Part shown: piece by piece, positions 39,673 to 49,595 of the stretch
Layout of the letters: each line of letters starts with the position of its first letter
How positions within the stretch are numbered: position 1 is the first letter of the stretch
DNA from: an uncultured Veillonellaceae bacterium
Lineage (GTDB): Bacteria > Bacillota > Negativicutes > JARBTT01
Assembly: GCA_963805085.1 (NCBI GenBank)
Contig: CAWDTA010000002.1
Coordinates: forward strand, 1,728,001-1,792,000
Length of the DNA: 64,000 bases
Reading direction: 5' to 3'
The notes under the pieces: generated by a model
What the model was told of the DNA's origin: nothing
The model's input: the letters and a program-made list of their open reading frames with translations, nothing else
Databases searched by the model: none
Made by a program: the position numbers and the translations under genes

Positions 39673-40157
39673 ATGGCTTGCCGCCAATGGTCAACGAGCA
39701 TCGGCAAACGCCATCGCGCATTAGCAGGGCTTGTTGATGGCATAGTAAGATATTTGATGCGATCAGATTGCATCATTTTAAAGTGCCTTTTATAAGAAGC
39801 AAATGCTTTACCACCATTGAGACAGATGGTATCAATTTGTGGATAGGCTTTTAATAAAGAAACAAGATCATTGGGAATTTCATGGAGAATTGCCGAATCA
39901 AGACTGCCTTCGCGTTCACAAGATTCAATCACATCCCAAAGTGCGAAGTGATGTTCGAGTAGCATAGCACGTTTATCTGCATAGTCATTAGGTAGAGTTT
40001 CTTCACCACATAATGCTGAAAGCACTCGCCAAAATCGATTTTGCGGATGGGCATAATATTGCTGCACTTCTAGCGATTGGACACCCGGCATAGAGCCTAA
40101 GATTAAAATTTTTGAATTTTGATCGATGATTGGGTCAAAAGATTTGCAAAAACTCAT
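39663..40157 (-). CDS. DNA-deoxyinosine glycosylase (UDG superfamily)
   Basis: ILGSMPG..SL...YYAHPQNRFW, GSLDSAI, PSTSPANA. Confidence 0.88.
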   Translation of the reverse strand: MSFCKSFDPIIDQNSKILILGSMPGVQSLEVQQYYAHPQNRFWRVLSALCGEETLPNDYADKRAMLLEHHFALWDVIESCEREGSLDSAILHEIPNDLVSLLKAYPQIDTICLNGGKAFASYKRHFKMMQSDRIKYLTMPSTSPANARWRLPMLVDHWRQAIYS

Positions 40158-40265
40158 GATAACAACGCTCTTTTCTCTAGCTTTTCTATATAGTATAACA
40201 TTTTTACAAAAAAATGATGTTTACTTTAGGGGAAAGTATGATATAATACTTATTGTTCTTAGTAT

Positions 40266-40353
40266 GGAGAGGTGTCCGAGTGGTCGAAGGTGATTGACTC
40301 GAAATCAATTGTACCGCAAGGTACCGAGGGTTCGAATCCCTCCCTCTCTGCCA
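40266..40353 (+). tRNA. tRNA-Ser(CGA)
   Basis: Anticodon loop ctCGAaa, long variable arm gtaccgcaaggtac, GTTCGAATC, CCA. Confidence 0.96.
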
Positions 40354-40354
40354 G

Positions 40355-40405
40355 TAGTAAATTCAAGGCTTCGCGTGGTTTGACGTGGGGCCTTTTTTAT
40401 TTGCG
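40355..40405 (+). repeat. 51-bp exact direct repeat (post-tRNA terminator); partner 42569-42619
   Basis: tagtaaattcaaggcttcgcgtggtttgacgtggggccttttttatttgcg occurs twice. Confidence 0.95.
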
Positions 40406-40557
40406 TAAAAATTTAACTTGTTTTTAAAATAAACTAAATTATTTTGATTGTTTCATTATGATTTTGATTAATTTTTTAAATAAACAAAAAATAAACTAAA
40501 TTTTACTTATAAATTTAGTTTATTTAGAATATAATATAAATATAAGGAGGGCTGAAG

Positions 40558-41988
40558 ATGCTTGAACGTGATTTATTAGAGTTAGTAGAAAAAATACAAA
40601 ACTACCAAACAGAATTTTACGATATTGAGGTAAAAGAAGCGCATGAAGGATGTCCTAAAAAATTATACGATACTATATCTGCTTTTTCTAATCAAAACGG
40701 TGGAGGAATATTAATATTTGGGCTAAAGGAATCTGCTAATTTTGAGGTGGTTGGTGTATATGATCCTGCTGATTTACAAAAAAAGATGACTGAACAATGT
40801 AAGCAGATGTCGCCTATTGTAAGACCAGTTTTTACTTTTTGCAAAAGTGATGACAAAATCATTATGGCAGCTGAAATTCCAGAAATTGATGTTGCCGACA
40901 AACCATGCTTCTATACAGGAAAAGGTCGTCTAACAGGTTCGTATATACGAGTTGGAGATTCTGATGAGCAAATGACGGAATATGAAGTCTATAGTTATGA
41001 TGCCTTTAGAAATAAATATCAAGATGATATTCGTTTAACTGAAAAAGTACCATTTTCAATGCTAGATAAAAATAAATTGGATGCTTATGTTATAGGATTA
41101 AAAAATAAAAAAAATAGATTAGCTACAATAAACAATAACGAAATTTATGAGCTGATGGGAGTGACTAAAAGTAATATTCCAACTTTAGCGGGAACAATGA
41201 TGTTTTGTAAATATCCACAAGGTTATTTTCCACAATTTTGTATTACTGCTGTTGTTGTTCCAGGATATGAAATTGGTGAAGTTGGTAATATGGGAGAACG
41301 TTTTATAGATAATAAAAGGATTGATGGAACAATTCCAGAAATATTAGAAGAAGCGGTACGGTTTGTTTATAAAAATATTGCAATTAAAACAATTATTGAT
41401 AAGGAAACTGGTCAAAGGCAAGATAAAGCAGAATATCCAATGGAGGCAGTTAGAGAAATTATATTAAATGCGTTAATTCATCGTGATTATAGCATTCATA
41501 CCGAAGGTATACCAATACAAATTCTCCTATTTAAAAATAGGTTAGAAGTTAAAAGTCCAGGCGGATTATACGGAAGATTTAGAATTGATCAGATAGGTAA
41601 GGCACAGCCTGATACAAGGAATCCTGTAATTGCTATAATGATGGAAGATATGTCACTTACTGAAAATCGTTATTCGGGAATACCGACAATTCGAAGAAGT
41701 ATGAAGCAGTTTGGTCTAAAAGAGCCTGTATTTGATGATGTTAGGAATTGTTTTTTTGTAACCTTATATAATGAGCCAGTTAATGCGACTAAAAGCGAAG
41801 CGGCAGGAGATTTGGTTGCATTTTGCAAGGTTCCAAGAAATAGGACTGAAATTGCTGAATATTTAGGTTTGAAAACCAATTACCATGCTATGCAAAAATA
41901 TATTTTACCTTTAATTGAAAAAGGTAAATTGAAGTATACAATACCAGATAAGCCAAAGAGTAAAAATCAAAAGTTTGTTTCTGAATAA
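40558..41988 (+). CDS. AlbA_2 (Schlafen-like) plus HATPase_c_4 (RecG-C-like) protein with C-terminal wHTH
   Basis: IEVKEA..TISAFSN..GG.LIFG; YP.EAVRE.ILNALIHRDY; RNP; PDKPKSKNQKF. Confidence 0.85.
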   Translation: MLERDLLELVEKIQNYQTEFYDIEVKEAHEGCPKKLYDTISAFSNQNGGGILIFGLKESANFEVVGVYDPADLQKKMTEQCKQMSPIVRPVFTFCKSDDKIIMAAEIPEIDVADKPCFYTGKGRLTGSYIRVGDSDEQMTEYEVYSYDAFRNKYQDDIRLTEKVPFSMLDKNKLDAYVIGLKNKKNRLATINNNEIYELMGVTKSNIPTLAGTMMFCKYPQGYFPQFCITAVVVPGYEIGEVGNMGERFIDNKRIDGTIPEILEEAVRFVYKNIAIKTIIDKETGQRQDKAEYPMEAVREIILNALIHRDYSIHTEGIPIQILLFKNRLEVKSPGGLYGRFRIDQIGKAQPDTRNPVIAIMMEDMSLTENRYSGIPTIRRSMKQFGLKEPVFDDVRNCFFVTLYNEPVNATKSEAAGDLVAFCKVPRNRTEIAEYLGLKTNYHAMQKYILPLIEKGKLKYTIPDKPKSKNQKFVSE

Positions 41989-42045
41989 TAGAGATGAAGA
42001 TGGTATAATTGTAATAGATAAGATAGTTAGAAGCGGAAGAGGTGA

Positions 42046-42553
42046 GTGGAAATTCAGAAAATGGAAGGGGATAAACCGCCGTTTGAAGTAACAGATCATA
42101 TGATACAACTGGTTTCTGAGATTAGTGAATGTGTTGGAAATATAAATACGACATATCATTTGCAATCAAACCCGAAATTGCGTCGTGAAAATCGAATCAA
42201 AACGATACAGGCGTCACTAGCGATTTTATGCGGCATTCGGTGCAGCAGATCGCAAAGTTGATTCTACCGAATTCATAGAATTTATGTTGCAAATTATGTT
42301 GGATGCTTTAACGGAAATCATTGAAAGTAACAAATCTGCCGACCAAGTCAAAATGATACTGAACTGTTTTGGTAGTGATAGAGAACTTTCGGCAATGGAG
42401 TTAATGAACCGACTTCATTTGTCGCATCGAGCGACATTTCGGAAGAACTATCTCAATCCTGCGATTGAGTGTGGCGCGGTGGAATTGACGATTCCTGATA
42501 AACCGACCAGCAGTAAACAGAGATACAGGAAAGTAATAGAGTGGGATGATTAA
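42046..42553 (+). pseudogene. Fic family protein, internally deleted and broken
   Basis: N-terminal KPPFEVT..LRRENRIKTIQASLAI and C-terminal FRKNYLNPA..TIPDKPTSSKQRY lie in separate ORFs; HPF.DGNGR core absent. Confidence 0.75.
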
Positions 42554-42639
42554 CTATGGTGGTACAATTAGTAAATTCAAGGCTTCGCGTGGTTTGACGT
42601 GGGGCCTTTTTTATTTGCGCTTTTTGCAAAAGCATTTCA

Positions 42640-42735
42640 ACAACTGATACTCTTGAAGGTACAGTGGAAGCAGAACTCAATGTGCAAAATTCCGTCCTTG
42701 GCGTCGAAGCACTAGCACAGCTTGAAAAATTAAAT
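42640..42735 (+). pseudogene. Deleted remnant of the 47769-48218 gene
   Basis: gaagcagaactc...ggcgtcgaagcactagcacagcttgaaaaattaa matches 48138-48203 (EAEL..Q.SVLGV.ALAQLEKL). Confidence 0.75.
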
Positions 42736-42749
42736 CATGGTACAATACT

Positions 42750-42932
42750 AAAGGCGTTTAACTCAGTTTTCGAGTTAAACGCCTTTTTAAAGTCTTTGTA
42801 CACTTATAGTTTAAAAATTGCAATTACAAGAATGTATATAAGTGAAAGCCAATATACAGGAAAACACAATTTAAAATAAGAGTTCCTTGGTTATATTGGA
42901 TTTTAATTATATTTTAGTAGGAGTGGATTTTT
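42750..42932 (+). repeat. Conserved leader, copy A (terminator plus structured 5' region)
   Basis: Same block at 44094, 48525 and 49596, each directly before a gene. Confidence 0.9.
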
Positions 42933-43928
42933 ATGAGTAGAACAGTAAATATCACAGACGAAATTATTGTAGTATCCCATGGGGAAGAGGATACAGGGAA
43001 AATGGCTATGCTAGGGGCTGAAGGGAAGTTCCATAAAAGCGTAATTCCAGTAATTGATGATTTGCAAGAACAAATCACAAAAGAGGTTACGGAACGAACT
43101 GAAGCAGATAAAAAGCTACAAACTAATATCGATGCAGAAACAAGTGCTAGAATATCAGCTGATCAGCAATTGCAAGGAAATATTGAATCGGAAGCCACCG
43201 CAAGAGATGCTGCCGATAAAGATTTGGAAGATAAGCTTGCTGCAGAGGTTGCAGCTAGAACTAATGCCGATACTCAACTACAAGCTAATCTTGAGGCACA
43301 AGCTAATACTAGAAGTGTTGCAGACCAAGACTTGCAAGAGCAAATTTCTAAAGAAATTGTGGCACGTACCGATGGCGATACGGCTTTACAGTCTATTGTT
43401 GATAAAGAGGTAGCAGCGCGTACAGATGCAGATAGTAAATTACAAAGTTCTATCGATAACGAAGTAGATACTAGAGCAAAAGCCGATCAAGGCCTACAAG
43501 ATCAAGTAACTGCTGAAATTACCGCCAGGACTAATGCTGACGAAACCGAATCAAACACACGGGTTAGTGCTGATAATAACTTACAGGAGCAAATTAATGC
43601 ATTGAAAGGATCAGCTTTTGATGCTGGACACTCGTTTAGTGATAATGGTTACCAGAGCTTAGGTAATGGATTGATTTTGCAATGGGGGCATGCTCAGTTG
43701 TCAAAAGGAGCAAATATCGGCAACGCATCAGTTACGTTCCCTACACCTTTTCCGAATAAGTGTTTAAGTTTCGCAACCACTTATGACAACCCACCACAAA
43801 GTGAATGGGGGCCTATGAGTACAGCAATATCAGGCGTTACAAAATATGGATGCAACTTGTGGGGAGATGCAGATGAACATCATATTGATAATGATGTTAA
43901 TATTTATTATATGGCTATAGGTTATTAA
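42933..43928 (+). CDS. Phage tail-fibre-like protein: 18-aa coiled-coil repeats plus gp53-like tip
   Basis: E..AR..AD..LQ..I repeats; GYQSLGNGLILQWG..VTFPTPFPN..YYMAIGY. Confidence 0.8.
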   Translation: MSRTVNITDEIIVVSHGEEDTGKMAMLGAEGKFHKSVIPVIDDLQEQITKEVTERTEADKKLQTNIDAETSARISADQQLQGNIESEATARDAADKDLEDKLAAEVAARTNADTQLQANLEAQANTRSVADQDLQEQISKEIVARTDGDTALQSIVDKEVAARTDADSKLQSSIDNEVDTRAKADQGLQDQVTAEITARTNADETESNTRVSADNNLQEQINALKGSAFDAGHSFSDNGYQSLGNGLILQWGHAQLSKGANIGNASVTFPTPFPNKCLSFATTYDNPPQSEWGPMSTAISGVTKYGCNLWGDADEHHIDNDVNIYYMAIGY

Positions 43929-44093
43929 AAAATGACATCTTTAGGAGTGGAGAGAAATCTTCACTCTTTTTATTTAATAAATGGAGAATATTTATGATCC
44001 AAGCTGCTTTGGGTATGGGGGTTAAAGCATTAACACAACTGGAAAAATTAATTACTAAGATGTAAATACAAAATTAAATACTTATACAACACT

Positions 44094-44276
44094 AAAGGCG
44101 TTTAACTCAGTTTTAGAGTTAGGCGCCTTTTTAAAGTTTTTGTACACTTATAGTTTAAAAATTGCAATCGCAAGAATGTATATAAGTGAAAGCCAGTATA
44201 CAGGAAAACACAATTTAAAATAAGAGTTCCTTGGTTATATTGGATTTAAATTATATTTTAGTAGGAGTGGATTTTT
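44094..44276 (+). repeat. Conserved leader, copy B
   Basis: Near-identical to copy A; preceded by another remnant of the 47769 gene end (~44010-44065). Confidence 0.9.
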
Positions 44277-45305
44277 ATGAGTAGAACAGTAAATATCAAT
44301 GATGAGATTATCGTTGTATCAGAAGGAAAAAAAGATATTGGTAAGCTTGCTATTTTAGGCAATGATGGTAAGTTTGATCCGAGTGTTATTCCGGTAATTG
44401 ATGAGTTACAAGATCAAATTAACAAAGAAGTCAATGAACGAATTGAAGGAGATAAAGCTCTACAGACCAATATTGATTCGGAAGCTAGTACTAGAACTAC
44501 TGCAGACAGAGATCTGCAAGATCAGATTACGAAAGAGGTTATGGCACGAACTGAAGGTGATAAAACACTACAAACCAACATTGATGTAGAAGTTAGTGCT
44601 AGAACTGCATCTGATCAAGGGTTACAAGATCAAATTAGTAAAGAAGTATTGGCAAGAGGTGAAGGTGATAAGCAATTACAGGAAAATATTGATTCTGAAG
44701 TTAGTACTAGAACTACAGCAGATCAACAATTGCGAGATCAGATTGCTACTGAAATTGCTGCAAGGACAAATGGTGATCAAACTGAATCAAGTACTCGGGC
44801 TAGTTTAGTTGAAGGTTTACAAGCTCAAATTGATGCATTAAAAGCTGAGTGTGTTCCAACTGGTGCTGTTGAGTATTTTGCTATGACAGTAGCACCGCAG
44901 GGATGGCTAAAAGCTGATGGTTCAGTGGTTTCAAGATCACAATATGATAAGTTGTTTGCGGCAGTAGGTACTCTGTTTGGCGTAGGTGATGGCAGTACTA
45001 CATTTAATCTGCCAGATTTACGTGGTGAGTTTATCCGTGGATTTGACGATGCTCGTGGGGTAGATAGTGGTCGAACGGTGGGAAGTGTTCAGGCAGATGA
45101 AAACAAGACACATTCTCATGAAATCGAATCAAACTACAACGATTATTACGCTGGGACTGGTAATGGAGGACCGTTCAGGCTGACAGGTAACGATGGTACT
45201 ACAACAACGGATGGACATGCTGATTTCTTTGTAAATACTGAGTCAGCAGGCGGTACTGAAACCCGCCCTCGTAACCTAGCTTTACTAGCTTGTATTAAAT
45301 ACTAA
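44277..45305 (+). CDS. Phage tail-fibre-like protein: 18-aa repeats plus tail-collar domain
   Basis: Same N-terminus as 42933; PTGAV.YFA..APQGWLKADG..TFNLPDLRGEFIRG..ETRPRNLALLACIKY. Confidence 0.88.
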   Translation: MSRTVNINDEIIVVSEGKKDIGKLAILGNDGKFDPSVIPVIDELQDQINKEVNERIEGDKALQTNIDSEASTRTTADRDLQDQITKEVMARTEGDKTLQTNIDVEVSARTASDQGLQDQISKEVLARGEGDKQLQENIDSEVSTRTTADQQLRDQIATEIAARTNGDQTESSTRASLVEGLQAQIDALKAECVPTGAVEYFAMTVAPQGWLKADGSVVSRSQYDKLFAAVGTLFGVGDGSTTFNLPDLRGEFIRGFDDARGVDSGRTVGSVQADENKTHSHEIESNYNDYYAGTGNGGPFRLTGNDGTTTTDGHADFFVNTESAGGTETRPRNLALLACIKY

Positions 45306-46024
45306 TCAAGTAACTGAACTTAAATAATTAGATTAAAAAGGCGATAACTAGTACAAAAAATGTACTTGGTTATCGTCTGCTTTGTTGCGATTTTCTTTGC
45401 CATTTATCACGATGGAGATGAATTGAAAAAATATAATAAAAAAACATGATTTTTACAATAAAAAATCATGTTTTGGATTATTTTTGCTTGCAATACCTAA
45501 AAAATGTAATATACTAATAATAGGTGGAAATTAAAAAAGTCGCCGTGTCCTAAGAGTGCAGGAACACTCTCAGGCACGAACAGGTGGTCTAGCACCTACA
45601 CGTAACAGCTAGCTGTCTACGACGACAATTTATTATACCGTGCTTTTCCCTTGATTACAAGGGAGACAGTCCGTTCGCTTGGTATAATATGATTGAAGTT
45701 TTGGCAGAGGCTTAGCGTCTGCATGCAATCAAGATATAGCAATGCGCATGTGTAGGTTGAATAAAACCTCGCATGTGCTTTTTTGATTTCCCCTGAAACA
45801 AGCTGTATGTTGGTTTCTTCTATCTGCATTAGCAGATAGAAGAAACCTCGTACAGAATGATGAAGGGGGATATAAAGTGGTATCAGTACAGAGGAGTAAA
45901 AAGTTGTGGTCGAGGCAGCGCATGAGCATGTGGCGGGGAGACATCCTCGCCACAACCAATGGGAGAGGTTCGTTCTATTTACAAGGGACAAGATTTATTT
46001 TCTTGGGAAATAGAGGTTCTGTAA

Positions 46025-46300
46025 ATGTATAGAACATATCGAACAACAGGAGACACGATTATGGCTGAGGAAGTAGAAAATGCTGATCTTACAGTTAAAT
46101 TGCTTACAGATTTAGATAGCAAAGAATATGTGATGGTCAAGCAGCAAAAGGAAGTTACAATATATAATCTTTCGCTGGTTGGCCAGGTCACTGAAATAGT
46201 GAATGACGTTTCATTCGAAGAATATAGAGAGATTACCTATGCGAGATTAGACAAGGAAGCATTAGCGCAGGGAATCAAACCGAGGAGACGGTCTCTATAA
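46025..46300 (+). CDS. Hypothetical protein (phage-like); start may be 46061
   Basis: ORF with RBS aggaga before the internal ATG; no recognisable motif. Confidence 0.45.
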   Translation: MYRTYRTTGDTIMAEEVENADLTVKLLTDLDSKEYVMVKQQKEVTIYNLSLVGQVTEIVNDVSFEEYREITYARLDKEALAQGIKPRRRSL

Positions 46301-46545
46301 AGTTATATATCCAAAGATTAGAAAGCACCAAGAAAGAGGCAGCTATATAAGTTACTCAAAAATTTATCGTAATAATGAATACAATAATTATAAATTTATA
46401 AGGTGCATAATTGGATAGGGTAGGAGAATAATTTTAGACGTGAAGAACGTCTATTTTTTTTTTGCCGTTTAAAAATTGATTCTTTAGGAACTTATTATAT
46501 TAGGAGGCTTTATATAGGTGATAAATTTGGAAGGGAGAGGGAGTC

Positions 46546-46719
46546 GTGGGCGATGATGTGATTCAAAGACTTTTTAACAAAATTGACAATTTATCTGATC
46601 GTTTGGCACGAGTAGAAACAATGCTTGAAGAACGCGAGAAGAAACAGACGAACATTGCAGGCATAATAGCATGGTTAGTAACAACGCTCATTGCTTTATA
46701 TGCTGCTTTACCTCATTAA
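46546..46719 (+). CDS. Small coiled-coil plus TM protein, holin/XhlA-like (57 aa, not in ORF track)
   Basis: RBS gaggga; MGDDVIQRLFNKIDNLSDRLARVETMLEEREKKQTNIAGIIAWLVTTLIALYAALPH; directly before the amidase. Confidence 0.7.
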   Translation: MGDDVIQRLFNKIDNLSDRLARVETMLEEREKKQTNIAGIIAWLVTTLIALYAALPH

Positions 46720-46740
46720 TTTGGAAAGGAGATTTTATCA

Positions 46741-47256
46741 ATGAAAATTTGTGTAAACGGAGGTCATTACCCTGGCTTAGATAGTGGTGCATGTGGTAGC
46801 TATCTACAAGAAGCAGATGTAACAAAAAATCTTATGCAGAAGGTTGCTGGTTATCTACGTAATGTTGGCTATGAAGTATTGGAAGTGCAAGAAAACGAGC
46901 TGGCAGATATTACAAACGCTAGTAATAATTTTGGTGCTGATTTATTTGTGTCACTGCATTGTAATGCTGCAGCGAATTCTGAAGCAAAGGGAACAGAAAC
47001 CTATTGTTACGATCTAAATGGCGAAGGTGCAATGCTCGCGCAGTGCATACAAAAGCAAATCGTAAATAGTTTAGGAACTGTAGATCGTGGCGTAAAGGAA
47101 AGTAAAGCGTTATATGTGTTAAAACATACCGATTGCGTAGCTTGTCTAGTTGAAACAGCATTTATATCGAACGAAAATGATGAAAGTTTGTTAGCCAATC
47201 AATCAGATGACTTTGCCAGAGCGATTGCTCGAGGTGTAACTGACTATTTTCAATGA
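46741..47256 (+). CDS. N-acetylmuramoyl-L-alanine amidase (Amidase_3, catalytic domain only)
   Basis: NGGH..DSGA..E, FVSLHCNA, GTET, LVETAFISN; no signal peptide. Confidence 0.93.
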   Translation: MKICVNGGHYPGLDSGACGSYLQEADVTKNLMQKVAGYLRNVGYEVLEVQENELADITNASNNFGADLFVSLHCNAAANSEAKGTETYCYDLNGEGAMLAQCIQKQIVNSLGTVDRGVKESKALYVLKHTDCVACLVETAFISNENDESLLANQSDDFARAIARGVTDYFQ

Positions 47257-47271
47257 GAGGAGGCGGGATAG

Positions 47272-47772
47272 ATGAAAGTAACCTTTGTCTTTGTAGGTGG
47301 AGAAAGTAAAGTGGACAAGATTATAACCGGTGTTTCCGGTGGAGACAAGTCTCATATAGCCATAAAAATATTTGATGGTATTTTAGAAAGTACAGGAGAG
47401 AGGGAAGAAATAGACCCGTATCCTGGGGTTTGGCTACATAATCCAGATAAATATGATAACAATCCATACGCAGAATTTATCGAGGTAGAAATACCAGATA
47501 TTGAAGGTTTTAAAGCCGAAGCTAGAAAGTTACTTGGTTCACCGTATGGATTTACAGATTGCTTACGAGCAGGAATATTTGATCTGTTAGGAATTGAGAT
47601 ACCAGACAACGATTGGCTAATGGATTGTAGTGAATTAGGCACAAGATTAGCTAGGGCAGGTAAATTAGATATATTACCGGATATTGAAGCTGGTTGTATA
47701 GATCCCATGCGACTTCGTAATGCAATACTTGATGGTGGATATGGTAGAATTACTGATTCTATCGCTTCTTGA
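47272..47772 (+). CDS. Permuted papain-like (YiiX/NlpC-P60-type) phage protein
   Basis: SHIAI ... LGSPYG ... DCSEL (His before Cys). Confidence 0.65.
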   Translation: MKVTFVFVGGESKVDKIITGVSGGDKSHIAIKIFDGILESTGEREEIDPYPGVWLHNPDKYDNNPYAEFIEVEIPDIEGFKAEARKLLGSPYGFTDCLRAGIFDLLGIEIPDNDWLMDCSELGTRLARAGKLDILPDIEAGCIDPMRLRNAILDGGYGRITDSIAS

Positions 47773-48218
47773 GGGAGCTGAACAAAATGGCATATTTAAC
47801 ACCGATAATTGAATTTTTAAAACCTTATGCTATAAAACTGGTAGAAAATTTAGTGCCAGTTTTAATAGAAAATATTATTTTAAATAAAAGAAAGAAGGAA
47901 TCAAAAATGGCAGAAGAAACAACGACGTCGACAGCGGATACTCTTAAAGACACAGTGACAGCAGTGGTAGAAACAGCAGCGACTGTAGCGGAATCAACAA
48001 CAGAGGAACAAGTGAAAACAAAAATGGATGAAGAATTGGAAGAATTCGTTACCAAAAAGCAAGCAGAAATCGCTACGACAAAAAGCAGCTATGTAAAAGT
48101 CCGCGACCAATTATACATTACATTGGTTACAGCAGCCGAAGCAGAACTCGATGCGCAAATTTCCGTTCTGGGCGTCAAAGCATTAGCGCAATTGGAAAAA
48201 TTAATTGCGAAGATGTAA
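47769..48218 (+). CDS. Hypothetical phage lysis-module protein (start may be 47787)
   Basis: Intact ORF closing the lysis cassette; its 3' end is duplicated twice upstream. Confidence 0.65.
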   Translation: MRELNKMAYLTPIIEFLKPYAIKLVENLVPVLIENIILNKRKKESKMAEETTTSTADTLKDTVTAVVETAATVAESTTEEQVKTKMDEELEEFVTKKQAEIATTKSSYVKVRDQLYITLVTAAEAELDAQISVLGVKALAQLEKLIAKM

Positions 48219-48281
48219 ATGCAAAATTAAATCATGATACAACACGAAAGGCGTCTATCTCATTTTGAGAGTTAAGCGCCT

Positions 48282-48524
48282 CAGCCTGTAGACAAACTAT
48301 GGACAGACAGGCCGCGGGTCGGCGATAAGCACTCACCTGCGTCGTTACAGTAAGGTGCTGTTCGTCGACGTACGAAAGTACGACTCCTTCGCAACCCTTT
48401 ACTGTTCCTAGCATCTGAGCACTTCTCACCAACCGGCAGCCTATCTTCGTACTAGTTTATAAATGGAGCGGATTTAGATATTTTCTAAATCATCGACACA
48501 AATATTTTATTTTGTTGACAGCCG
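48282..48524 (-). mobile_element. MITE family 1, copy C (243 bp, inverted), inserted in a terminator
   Basis: Reverse complement of 1063-1306; terminator hairpin on both flanks (48249-48281 and 48525-48557). Confidence 0.88.
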
Positions 48525-48712
48525 AGGCGTTTAACTCAGTTTTAAAGTTAGACGCTTTTTTAGTTTTTTTTTGTAGATTTATAGTTTAAAAATTGCAATT
48601 ACAAGAATGTATATAGTTGAAAGCCGATATACAGGAAATACACAATTATAAATAAGAGTTCCTTGGCTATATTGGATTTGCAAAAATAATAGATTAATTT
48701 GGAGGTAATATT
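48525..48712 (+). repeat. Conserved leader, copy C
   Basis: Core tatagtttaaaaa..caagaatgtatata..gaaagcc.atatacaggaa..ataagagttcctt.g.tatattggatt. Confidence 0.88.
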
Positions 48713-49585
48713 ATGGCAACAGTAGGATGGCAGAGAATTAGTGCTTTTGATTCAAAATTTTTATATTCTGGTACTTGGAACAGTTATAGTGCTTCACCGT
48801 ATTATAATGGACACGAAATGGCTACAGCTGAACTAAATGCGAAGGTCACATTTAAATTTAGAGGTACCCAATTACGAATTATCACAGATGCAAATACAGA
48901 CCATACAAAAAACATACAGATTACAATAGATGGCCAGAGTGATAATTTTTCTGTTTGTACTTCTGCGGCGTATCAAAGAGTATCTTATGAAAAAAGTGGA
49001 TTATCTTCACAAGTTCATACTGTAGAATTGGTAAATTTAGAAAGTAAAGTAGTTGGATTTAATGCAGTAGATATTGATGATACAGGGGAATTAATAGCGT
49101 GTTCAATAGTAGAATCGCCTACCAATTTAACCGCTGCAGCAGGCGATTCCCAATTAACATTATCATGGACGGCAGTTGATGGAGCAATTAGCTACAATGT
49201 AAAACGCTCGACAACTTCAGGTGGTACATATACTACAATTGCTAGTAATGTATCCGGTACTAGTTATGTAGATACTAGCGTAACGAACGGTATTATCTAT
49301 TACTATGTAGTTACTGCTGTAAATGCTGATGGAGAAAGTAACAATTCAAATGAAGCTTCAGCTAAGCCAGAAGGCATTGAATTATTGCGAGTTACTATGC
49401 TTGATTCTAGTGAACGTGATTATCAATTGACTACGACTGAAATTGATGGTTTTGTTAACTGGTTTAATAGTCATACAAGCACCAATACTACAAGCTATAT
49501 GCTCAATAAAAAGGTTGGGACACAAAATAGTAAGGAATATTTGACTTTTGATAAGATCATTAGCTTTGAAGTAATCAAACTTTAA
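48713..49585 (+). CDS. Fibronectin type III domain protein, no signal peptide
   Basis: SPTNLTAAAGDSQLTLSW..YNVKRST..YYYVVTAV; beta-rich N-domain; C-terminal KEYLTFDKIISFEV. Confidence 0.85.
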   Translation: MATVGWQRISAFDSKFLYSGTWNSYSASPYYNGHEMATAELNAKVTFKFRGTQLRIITDANTDHTKNIQITIDGQSDNFSVCTSAAYQRVSYEKSGLSSQVHTVELVNLESKVVGFNAVDIDDTGELIACSIVESPTNLTAAAGDSQLTLSWTAVDGAISYNVKRSTTSGGTYTTIASNVSGTSYVDTSVTNGIIYYYVVTAVNADGESNNSNEASAKPEGIELLRVTMLDSSERDYQLTTTEIDGFVNWFNSHTSTNTTSYMLNKKVGTQNSKEYLTFDKIISFEVIKL

Positions 49586-49595
49586 TAGTTAGGTC

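Noticed and set aside
42933-45305. Diversity-generating retroelement or shufflon acting on the fibre genes
   Set aside because: No intact RT, no TR/VR pair with adenine-specific mismatches, no invertase or inverted cassettes in the window
45617-45991. Minus-strand ORFs over the hairpin-rich region
   Set aside because: No RBS, atypical composition, no motifs
48620-48632. GCCGATAT as a SigD -10 element in leaders C and D
   Set aside because: No TAAA at the correct spacing, and the site is altered in copies A and B
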